Origin: Yuukianura sp. NJ FZ-2021
Lineage: Eukaryota
Reading direction: 5' to 3'
DNA: 64,000 nt
Assembly: GCA_046563655.1 (NCBI GenBank)
Contig: CM102285.1
Location: forward strand, 11,656,001-11,720,000
Shown here: positions 13,101-25,100 of the stretch, piece after piece
Numbering within the stretch: the stretch's first letter is position 1
Layout: every line of letters starts with the position of its first letter
Notes under the pieces: model-generated
The model's database searches: none
What the model was told of the DNA's origin: nothing
Seen by the model: the letters and a program-made list of their open reading frames with translations, nothing else
Translations under genes and position numbers: made by a program

Positions 13101-16100
13101 TTTTCTAAAAACTCCTAGAAATTTTTCACTTCTGCTGCTACCTCTGTTCTTGAAGTTTAATAAGAGACAACAATAGGAGAAATTATGACGCTCAACGAGA
13201 AACTTAAAAGGTAACGCCGCCGTCGCTTTCCTTTGAATTTAATATGGAAAAGAACTTAAAAAAAGAAAAGTACCGTTTGAGAACTCTGTTTTCAACTGTA
13301 ACAGTTCACACCCACGTCGCCTCTTTTGCTCAAAAAGCAACAAAAGAATTTGGACTTTCACTTCCAAAATTTTTCAAAACAAAAGAAAAAGGTTTAGTGA
13401 AAAGTGATTTTACTTTGTTCAATTTTTCAAACTGCGACTTTTTTTTTTCTTGTGATATTCACAGAATTGAGACTCTCAGGGAAAGTCAAATTTTAAATGT
13501 TTCTTTAGATATCTCAATTTTCATTTATATATAATCTTTAATACTTTTAAAATATGAAAAGAAGAAGCTTACCAATGACGTCGCTGATGCTGGCAGATTC
13601 ATTACAGGTGATAAAATAGCTGTAGAAGTTAACCATCACCAACCCACCATTCTTAGTCTAGAAAAAAGAAAGAAAGAGACAGAGCGGAAATAAGTTAAGC
13701 AGAGAATAATTGATGAGCACTGGAGCTAGTTGCTGCCATGAAGCGGAACCATTCCCGTCAAAAGTGAGAACATTTTAGCAGGAAGGAACTCCAGAACTAA
13801 CAAATCCTCTTGTAACTTTCCCTTTGACCTCACCGAACATCAGTCACGTGGGTAGACAGCCCTGATCTAAAAATCTGAAGCGCAGAGAGGCTTAGCTACT
13901 CCGGTTTTGGACTAATCCAATAGAACTTTCTCCTTCCCGCGCTTTCTCTAATTTCTTCAAATGAATTGGAATAAGTGATTTTTCCGTTTTGTTTTCCTCA
14001 CCAGTGATTGGAGAATATCATCAGGCACATTTCGGCTACTGTTACACAGAGCGTGAGCAGAGGAGTGTGAAAAAATGACCGGAGCATGGGTCACTTCCAG
14101 AGAATCCTTCATCGTCTGGACTGATACATGAGACAGATCCACTATCATGCCCAATCGATTCATCTCTTTTATCACGGACTGGAAAAAGAAAAGAGAAAGC
14201 AATGACACCAGTTCGAAGAAAGTGGAAGTAGCGAAATAGGAAAATCAGTGGGAGAGAAAGCAAACTGTCTCCCACTGCTTTCTCAATTTCCCGCGTTTTT
14301 TAAGAGTAGCTTATAAGACAAAGTAAAGAAAATTGGGAAAAAGTCTGCGTGAAAGGAAAGGGAAGGCCTATTTCCTTCGAATTTGTCAATTCCTATCTCT
14401 AATTTTCTTTCAAACTAGCTGATACGTTTCAGTCATCTCCAAAGGGAGTAACTATTTCAGCAAAATTATAACCGAATCTAACCAAAGCCAATAAATTTAA
14501 CATTAGTAGAGCTCAGAAACCATTAACTTGAATGTCATTTTCAAGAAAAATCCTATTCCTAATACACATTTTTCTCAAACAGTTTTGAAGTTTTTAGTTA
14601 CTCCCTCCACTTCTTTTTCTGAAGCGCCAAGTTGAAATTTCTTACGTTACGTTGAGTAAGGCATAAACTTTTAGTGATTCCTTGAACTTTTGAGCGTAAG
14701 GAGTTATAATAAGCAATTAAAGAATTTTGCCACTTTACACCTCTTACTGCCTTCTTCTTTAAGGTTTTAACCTCCACTTTCTCCTCAAGTTACACTTCCC
14801 ATTCCCCACATCTGGGCTACGGAAATGTAATATCCATAAAGGTAATAATCGTAATAATAACATTTCTAACGTCCTTTTTGGAGCAAGCAAGAAGACACTA
14901 TCACACATTTTGATATTTTTGGGAAGAAAGTAATGAGCCAACGTCCTCCCGCCATTTCCACATTTACTTTCACTTAGACTTTTGTCCCATGAAAACCCTC
15001 ATTACATTTGGTAAAGTCATAAAGGACCTCGCTTTCCTTGTGACTAACACTTCTACTGTGGTCTAAAAGAAGGTGGGCTAAAAGTTACCAAGGAAGATTG
15101 TTGCATGTCTTACTATACTGGAGAAAACTAGGGCATGGTTTCTTTAGTGGCTTCAATTGTACAAGTATTATTGCTACAAATTCTACTCGGGGAGTCGAGG
15201 GTGAAGAACTTTGAACTTATTCCTGATGGGGCAATGCACATTTATTAGGTTTACAAAGTAATTCTCACTTCTAAGGACAGTTGTGGATACTTGGGAAGCA
15301 TATGCAGTGGAGAGCCCTTAAGGTCTTCCAGAAGGATCTCGAAGCTTGTTGACAATTAATTAATGCCTGAGGTCTTGGCTTTAGCTTTCTACGACATGGC
15401 TGGAATGGAGATGAGAATCGGAGAAAGTAAACTCGGAATTACGTTGTTTACTTGTAAGCTTTCGATTAATGTTATCTCGTTTTCGCTCCGTCTCTTGGAT
15501 TAACAGGTAAAACCAAATAGTAAAGACAGAGAAACCCAGGAGAGAGGTTCAAGTTTCTTAAGTTTAATTAAAACTTAATTTGTCAGAAGTAATTACTAAG
15601 GAGGCTGAGATGAGTTTCATACTATGATATGGCACTTCTATGTTTGGTTACTTTAGGGTGGTTAGTGTGATCTTGCTCTAGTTTTAATCAAAGTTTACCT
15701 TGCCAAAGTCTTTGAGACCTGTGGACTTTGTTTTCTGTCCAGGATCATCAGCACTTGAACAGTCCGCCCTAAAAAATTAACAAAGTAGTAATCTACTTGC
15801 GAGAGATGTTACTGAAAGTTAAGAGAACAATTTAATCCAAACAAATCCTTTTTGTATTTTGAAATATTTGTTTGAAATTAGTGAAAGCAATTGTTTAGTG
15901 AAAGCAGATTTTCGTAAAAACGGTTTTTGAGGTAAATTGTGAAGAATTGTAAATAACTTACCAAGGTGTGTTGCAGGAATGGGTTAAGGTGAGGTATCGT
16001 GCACCGAGGTGGTAGAACATCCGGAGCACTGCAATGCTGTTTCCGATTGCATGACCTGATTCGAAACAAGAAAACAATTAGTCGTTGGACATGCAAGCCT

Positions 16101-19100
16101 TTACGCCAACTCCCATGTCGTATTCTTTATAGCTAACCCAGCTTAAACTTACCTCCTTCTACACCCACCATACTTGCAATTTTACCGCGACGATGAGCAG
16201 ACTCGATTCCTAGAAAAAGAGAAAGTAAAATATAGATTTTCAAGGAAACGATTAATCAAATCTTAGCTCTTGTAAACCTTTTTCCAGGAAGTGGGTGGTT
16301 CAATACAAACAGAAACCTAAAACCAAAACTGGAGAAAAATTGGAGATTTTACCACTCGAAAAATTCGCTTTCTCTCTGCGAGAAACTTTCTTCGTTCAAC
16401 CTCGATGAAATTACAGACCTAATCCGTACAAATAGAAAAATAGACGAAGACAAAGCAGTTGAAATGTTGCAAACTACAATAATTCAAACTTTAGACATTT
16501 TAAGCAATGACGCGTCAGCAAATCTATCTAACTCTTAAGACTTATTTCGATTGGCAACTAAAAATTCAAACAGGGTTTATTTTTGAATTTTCAATACAAC
16601 TTTCTTCAGCCACTTTTTCCAAGAATTGAAAAAATCACTTTCGTTTAGAGAATTTCTGGGTTGTTTTTGAAGTGCTTGAAGTGTGGAGAGAAAGTCATTT
16701 GAGTTGGTGGGTAAAAACAAAAACGTTGAAGTCTTAGAATAACTTGGTGTTATGAGGGCGAAAGGTGATGGGGAAGCGGGATCTGCTTGTTCCTCTGCAC
16801 ACTTTCATCCAGCAGCTTCAGATCCTATCATATGCCTCACTTCATTTTCTCCAGTCTTCCAAACCAAAATCCCTTCTCAAAATTTCGTTATCTTCCCATA
16901 TGTGTCAATTGGGAAAGAAAGGAAGCAGAAAGTTGAAAAGAGCAAAATCCGGTTCTAGTTATAAACGATGAAACTGGTGGTGGGGGAGGTAGATGGAGAA
17001 AGGCAGAACGGAAAAGCGTAGCAGCACTTCCTTTTTACTTCTAGAAACGGAAATGATGAGAACCGTGCCGTGTGTCGAATTCTCAAATTATTAAGACTTT
17101 TCTTCTTGTTCAAATCAGGCTTCACGATCAGCTTCGAGATATAAAATTCAAGTGGGGAACCAAAAATTATTAACGCTGAAATCGACGGTTTCTTCCAAAG
17201 TGTTTTTTATTTTTGTGGTAGCCACACCCATCATTTTGATTTGCAAAAAAAGAAAGGAAAAATTATACCATTAACCATGACGCAAGTTCAAGTGATTTTT
17301 CATGACTTGTAACGTTATGTGTTTTTTCTTAGCAAACTTTAATGCTTAGTACTAAATGTTAATTTAATTTTAGTGAAATTATTCAAATTTCAAATTTTGT
17401 GAATGAGAATTTCCAATTTCTTTAAGATTCCAGTCCATTAACTTGGTTTTAATTCTTGGTTAATTCCAATTCAGTAGCCTAACTGGAAAAATTTAGATTG
17501 TAGCTGACTAGAACAAACACATTTGAATTTTCATTTACATTCTGCACACACATGGACGCACGAAAAGCATTATCCAACTTTAATCGAAATGGTTTTTCGA
17601 AAACCGGGCAACTTCGGTGTTTTCTCTTTTTTCTAAAGTCACGTTTGCCAATTCTAGTAGTTAATGACAGGTGTCAGAAGAAGAAGTAACTTTCTTGCCA
17701 AAAACAGATAGTGAAAACTAACCACAAAAACCATTCAATCGTTTCCAACAGAACAAAACACGCACTTTCACCTCGAGTCGCAACAAATGCTTTCAAATGC
17801 ATTAAGATCAACAGCCAAAAAAGAGAGAGAGAAAAAAGAAAAAGCATGGTTTAGTCTATACACAACCAGAGATTCTACAGCTTCTGTATTTCTACGCGTA
17901 TGAACTCTGTCTTTTCTAATTCAAAAAGTACTAAAAGTTACACTATCTGCAGTAACCCATACTGTATTTTCTTAGGTCAACTAACTTTCTTTCTAAACGA
18001 CTAGCCTCTGGCACGTTCTCTTTTGCTCCTCCATTTAACTTTTCCTTGGCCCAATACATTCTGGTGTTATCCATTCAAATCCAAAAGAAGACGCATTTCA
18101 ACCACAGAGGTACCGATGATGACATTTTCTTAAGAAAGTCTTCCGCAGAAGCATAAATACCACCAGAAGTTCAGCATTGGAAAAGAAAGTTAAGAAAAAA
18201 AGCAACCAAGTGAAGAAGAAATATTGACTTGAATTGGGAAGTGCTTTGGAGCAATACTTCCAGAAAAGGACTCCTTTTCAGTCTAACCTAACGAAGGCCA
18301 TATCCTAACTTGGTAGTGGAGGAGACAGAGAATGCCAAAGGGGTTCCTTCCTTGTTTTGATGGCAAATCAATGGTTCCCGCTTTTCAAAATCATAAAAAA
18401 AGAATATTCTAACATTTTTTCTTCTCTAAAAAAAGGGAGGAAGTGAAAGCACTGCTGCGGCTAGCCGTTGAGAAAAGTGATTCAGTTCATCTTCCTATGC
18501 AAAATTTATTCTAGCTAGCTTTCCAAAACTTTCTTCAGGCGAGACATTGACGTTCGTTTAAGAAAATCTTCTCCTTTTTTTTCTTTCTAGACTTTCGTGT
18601 CACTACTAAACTCGAAAAAGCCTAGCAGCTCTCTGCTACCCATTATTCCATGTTTCAAAATCGTTAGTTGTGGCATATTGAACAGAAATGATTTTTTTTT
18701 TCAAAGAAAAAATAAGGAGAAAGAAAGCAATTCTAAAAAATGTTGCCATGAAGTCCCTCGAGGGCCCTCTGGAGAAAAAAAAAGTTGATTGCTTGGAAAG
18801 CTCCAGAAGTTTTTTTTTCCTTGGCACAGGAAAACCATGTTTTTATGCTTCCTGTTTTTTAAATTGAATTCAAGGAAATCGTTAAAATGCTTATTTTTAA
18901 AAACCAAAATAAGTAGCTTAGGAAGCCACTAAAATGGCAGTCCTTGCTTAGTTTTCAAAACAAAACTGTACCATGGGTTTTTAAAAGAAGTTTTTTTTAC
19001 TGCTGCTTTGGAGCTTGTTTTCTTCTACTTTTTTAGTTCCCGAGCTGGTCCCGCCTATTTCCGACTGTTGAGAATGTATTTTGCGGTCGATTTAGTTCAT

Positions 19101-22100
19101 AGTGAAAGTTGAGAATTGTGAATGTGAAGTTAAGGACTTTGAAATTTTTTTTTTGGATATACGCATGAGATACGTAAAAGAAAAAGTACGTTTTTTTTTG
19201 GAGAAAGTTGAATTTGGCGCATTAAAATTCCGTCGTTTTTTCTTCTATCCAAATCTCTTTTTATTTTTTCTTAAAAAAATGAAGATTCCATTTTTAGATT
19301 ATTTCCAGCTTCAATAGAATTTTCAAATGCAGAGGCACAGATCTCTCTGAAATTCCCCGTGTGCCAGGTTCCAGCGGAACCACGTTTCACTTTTAACAAT
19401 GAGCTTAACGGAATCTTTCGAGTTCGTTTTCAGAATTACTAAATGCGAACTCGGAGATTTTTCTTAAGGAAACTGAGAAGATGGATGAAAAGAGTCCTGA
19501 AAGATTTCGGGTGGTTTTAAGAACTTGGTTGTGATTGTACTACCAAATGAGATTAAAACCTAACATTGTTACATTACAAGAAGAAATGTTAGGGTGCCAA
19601 TAATTTAAGGCTGAAGCTTACTTTCTACCAAAACTAAAGTGAATGTTACCTTCCAAACAATTGGGAAATGATCGCTAGAGAAAGTTAACTCGCTAAATCC
19701 ATTTTCTTAATTAAGCTGAAAGTTCTAGCGGAAAGACAATAGGAGTTATTTCTCTCTTTCACGCTTCTATTGACCAGATATTTGGTAGATTTAGTAGATT
19801 TAGCACGATTGGAATCTTGAGGAATGTCTTGAGGCTAAGCTTCTTAGGTTAGGTAAGGCTAGTCCTGCCTAATATCACAAAACCTAGCTTTTCTCCGTTT
19901 TCTAGTAGAAACTTACCCTAACCACGCTGGAGTAAAATTAACTTAACCAGAAGTGGAGAAAGCATTGAAATTTAAAAAAAACTCACCTCTGGCCGTAGTG
20001 ACCCATTCTAAGGCATTGGAGTACTTTTCAGTGAGACGTCGAATTACGTCAATTTGTTCCAGCGTCAGTTGAACAGCATCTAAGTGTTGAGCACCGCAAG
20101 GGATGTATGCGGACCACAACTGAAAATGAAATTGGATAAAGTTTAGAAAAGGAAAATGGCACAGGAGGAGACAATTCATAAATCAGATGGAGTTGGCAGC
20201 GAAAGGAAAGCACGGAGAGCTATACTGCTGCTTATCGCTATCATCCAAGGTAAAGTCTTTGGCTGAGACCATAGTGAAAGCAAAGGCGCCGAAAGAATAA
20301 GGACTTGAGCAAACGCGTGCGGATTTGAAGGTAGCTTAAGACTTTCTCAAAATCACAATTGATTTCTTTCTTGGTCCATAAATTTCTTCCACTCCAAAAA
20401 AATATACACTCAGAAGTAAGCAAAGTCCAGTTCAATAGGTTTTTACTTCTTCTCGTAGCACTTTCTCTGACTCTATTAAGATTCGATTGAGCCTCGTAGT
20501 GGAGAATTGGACGGAAGCCATTTGATTCGCAGATACTGTCTCATACATTCTTGGAAACCATGGAGTTTACTTCCTACTTTCTTTCCAATATCTTTGATAT
20601 ACAAGATTCAAAGCAAATCACGCACCAATCTTGAAATATGAGTCATAGAAAAATGAGAGTTTCCACAATTTTTCAAAAGAGAAAGTAAAAATATACAGAA
20701 ACAAAGGATTCCAATTTACCAAAATTGTGGAGTCACATTTCGGAAATTGAGTGTTCAAAAAAAAAGTGAAAGCATTGAAGCGAGGCAGGCACGTAACGGG
20801 GAAAGTTTTGGTTCATTGTCACACTTTCACCCTAATGTAACAGTTTTTACCTGACAACCAACCATTCCTTGTTGCAGTCGTAGCAGGTCCGTATGAGACC
20901 ATGTAGAACGTGACCATGGCTCCAGTTTTCTCAGATCTGATGAAAAATTAAACTCCTGGATTTGATTATGAACAAATTTCCGAATGTTCCAAGGCAAGTC
21001 ATTGTGTCTGGAAACCAAAAAAGAGAAAGTTCTTAGTTGTAAAGAATTCATGAACTTTGCTATATTTTTTCTTGGTCTTTTTGTTTCCAAAAGTGTCACT
21101 TTTCGTATTCTCAAGCAACCCAAAACCGCCTCCAAATCTCCATTTTCTAGCAGACTTTCTTTAGCCATTACCCATCTTTCTTTTGGAATTTCTCTACCAC
21201 TAAAAAGCCTTAGGTAGCCCTAACCTAACCTAACTAGCCATAATATCCTTGGATCCATGATCCTGAAGACTCTTCTAGACTTCTATTGTCTTTTCGGTCT
21301 TCTTGAAGCTACTAGAAGAGCTCTCGGAATGAAACGACCGTCTCTATTCAAACCTCAGCAGCGTCAGACCGTGTTGTTGAGACTCTAGCGCTGCTAAAAA
21401 CAAAAGGCCACTCTAAACGCTCTTCCCTACATTAGATTAAAAGTTTTCGAAACGAAGGAGACGAGGCGTTGCTCTGATTAGGATCCTTTGCTCCTCCTTT
21501 ATAATCAACTCTAATTCAGTTTGAGTTCTCTAAATCAACAAAATCTGAGGAGGAAGGGGGAAAAAGTTCAACTTTTGAATTTTCGGCTCAACGCTTTCAC
21601 AACTTTTTCTTCCCTTTCTTTAAAAAAAAAAGAGAAGAAAAAATACTGCCTGTGCTGAAAGTGTAGAAGACTCTTCTCTGCCTTCTGCACTAGAGTTATG
21701 TACTATATGTTAAAAAAGTGAAAAATGGGATGCGTTTCAGTTATTCTAAGGGTTCTCATCTATCATAGACTTTCTTTTGGGTACTAGAAGAGAAAAAATC
21801 GGATTTGATATCTTTATTTTAACGTTTGTAAGCGTAAAAGCGGCTCATTTTTAAAAAAGTTTGTGTCTTCCTTCTTTTTCTTAGTTTACAGGAGAAAGTG
21901 AGCACCAAACCAAAGCGGACTTTTGGTTTCCGTTGAAAGTTGAGTTTTCCATGTGACCGGAGGCAAAAGACATAACAAGAAATCTTGTGGAAAGTAAGTA
22001 TGACATAGGCAGATTAAGGATGGAGGGAATATGAACTCTTCTTCTTCTTCTCTCCAAGCCTTACTAATGGGGTTTTTACTTTTATAACTTATTTTCTCCT

Positions 22101-25100
22101 TATAGTCACGAAGAACCTACAGGGTGGCCCGGTGAAGTCCTTACCCAAGTGAAAGAAAGAGAAACTCTCACATGAGTTTCTTATGACAATAGTGAGAGGA
22201 AAAGAAAGAGGGTAAGGACTTCACCGGGCCACCCTGTACGTTAAAAAAACTAGAGCTGGAATTTTTCTCTCCTTTCTCATAACAAAGTTTAAAAATCAGA
22301 GGCCTTAGAGCATAAGGACTATAAAAACAAGTCTTGTTCCGCAGAACGAAGTTTCATCTCTCACCTTTAGTGTCAAAGTTGGATCATATCATCCATCTTC
22401 TTTTTTTACTTTGGAAAGTGGATTGGACTAGGGGCTTTGGGAAGACTTAAAACGGCTAAGAACACATTATTTTTACCTCAGCATTTTCAAACTTTCACTT
22501 TGCTTAAGGTTAAGGCAGGCTAGTTCACCCAATATGGTAAGGATCCCGTAAGTTTAGTAAATCTCGGAAACTCTTTTGTTAATTCTTGGAAACTCACTTC
22601 TCAAATTTTGGAAAACTAATATTTGGAAAATGCTGAGAAAGAGAGTGAAGAAAGTCATAAATTAGGTTGGAAATTATTCATAGGATTTTGTGTGTATTTT
22701 ATTGACGTTTCTCGCCTCCACCTCCATCTCCTCCTTCCTTTTTGTTCAAAATTGGACAAGGCGGATCCAATTTAGCCACAAATTATGCATGGCTTTTTTC
22801 CTCTTGATTGAAACTCCACTTTCTCTATTGTCATTTTCTCCTTTTCTCCAAGTTATGAATCCAAAATGAGGAGTTATTGTTTTGGCCGAAGCTGAGTAAT
22901 CTCTAGAGCTCATAATTCATCAACAAAAGGCTTCAAAAGCGCTCCTAAGTTTTCACTTGTTTTGTTTTTGGAGGCGACTGATGACTCTTTGAAAAGGAGC
23001 GAAAATGAGAAATTAGTTTCCACTACTCTGATTTTCGGTTTCTCCGAAACATCTCTAATCACAATCAGAAGGTTCTGAGACCAGTTTTCCACAAAATCGA
23101 AAATCGAAACTTCATCTTTGAAAATTATTAATAAAATCGCACCTTAAAATTCAACTAGCACTGGAAGAACAAAGCAAGTTTTATCGCCTACTAATTTTAG
23201 CCCTTTGATACTTTAAGCTTTGAATAGACATCTCAGTTCCTCAATGGCTTTCTCCTGAATGACTTTCACCTGTTCAACAAAGTTTGACTATCCTGGAGCA
23301 GCCGAAGTTTTTGAAGGGTCCCCTCAAATGAGTCCTCAAGGGCTCACTTTCCCATAAGGTAATTGAAACCGGGTAAAGGTGGGTGTTAAGGTAGTGTCTA
23401 GACATAGTGATGCTAAGGGATACATTAAGAACACAAAGTTTCCCTGTTTCTTTTCAGAAGAATGGAAACTTCAAATCAAGTCCCAGAGCTATCATTTCCA
23501 TTTTATTTCTTTTGTTCTTCTTGTGCAGTTTTGGTATGAGTTAGTTGTAAAATGAAAAGTTGGTGGGAATGATGGTCGTCCAATGCCTGAAACTAATGAT
23601 TCCCCAGCGACTACTCAGGTTTGAGTAAGTATCTGGTTCAGAAGAGCTATTATCTGCCATTAGAAGTTTAGGAGAGGAAAGTTCCTGGATCCGGGAAACC
23701 GGGACCTTGTGGGTGTAAATTGTCTCAGCTAATTAATCCTTAGCAACACCACCACCATCCAATTTATAACATGCTACGACGGTTAAACAGAAAACAGAAA
23801 CAGCTTGCTGACCTCCAGCTCAAAGTACTTTCTAATGGTTTTCTCATTTCGGAGAAAAAAAATGTGTAAATGCTTGCGGTGTGGCCGCTTCGTTTTCTTT
23901 ATAACCGACACAAAAATTTAAAGAACTTAAGGCTGTGAAAGTTCTAACTTCAAAGTTTATGAGTTTCAGACTTTCGAATTCCAATATTTTTAAGCGTAGT
24001 ACATAATCTATTCATACTTTTTAGAAAGCAAACTAATCACTTGTAGTTAATCATAATTAGATTATGACAAATGTGCTCAATCTGCAGTAAATACTAAATA
24101 GCGTAACAATTAAGGTTCGTTGACTCCATAGATGGAGACCAACATATGTGTATTGCCATTTTGTCAGTGAGAAATCTGTAGAGCTCGATTTTGGGTCAAA
24201 TCTCCATAGACTTCATCGCTTTTTATTAATTCTTCCTCACTAATTCATCAAAGTTTTATTTCGATACAACTCATTCCGCAACACACTTTGACGGATCACA
24301 GAAGACAGATTATTGGAAAAGCTCTGCTCGGTTTCAGATTTTTTAAGAATTAGATTTAGCTTAACTAGGTCAATTGAAATGTTTCTTTCTTTCGCTTTCG
24401 CAGTTTTGGTTTTAGCGAATCCTCTCGCCATGGGATATGTCGTTCCTAATTCAATTGAAGTCGACGACAATGCTCTTGAATTGGAAATTAAGAGAGAAGA
24501 GCCTAGCTGGGTACCGAAACCAACTTGTTCCTCCAAATACGAAGATTGCCTTGGTAAGAAAGTATTACAAATCAGATTTTCAAAAAAATAATGAAACAGA
24601 GGGATTTATGCTACTCTGTTTTTATTGATGAGAATAGCGGAAATTGACACTTCTGCGGTAGAGAAAACAACTCCCAGTAGCAGAGACCCTGAATCGTCTA
24701 GCGACAATCCACAAAATTTGAGCGAATACCAAAAAATTGTTGTGGCCACACTTAATTGTTCGAAATTGTATCTCCAATGTCGCAAGGAATCGAAGGAGAT
24801 CCAAACAACGACTGCTAAGGAATTCCTCTACTACTAATTTAAAAAAAAACATCAATTGTACTAAAACCGAATACTAACATGCAATTCCAGAAGCAATTAG
24901 AGGAAACACATTCGTTTGTAGTAATTATTAAATGGATACGTAACATTTTCTCGGAAAATGAAAAAGAAACCTGTTTTTTATGTCTTTTTAAGCCTTTCTC
25001 CATTTCGTTTTCGAATTGGTGAGTGAATCAGCGCAAATATAAATTTTGCAAAGCTTTATTAAGAACCTCTGCAATCGGAGTCATGAAAATGTTGGTTTTT

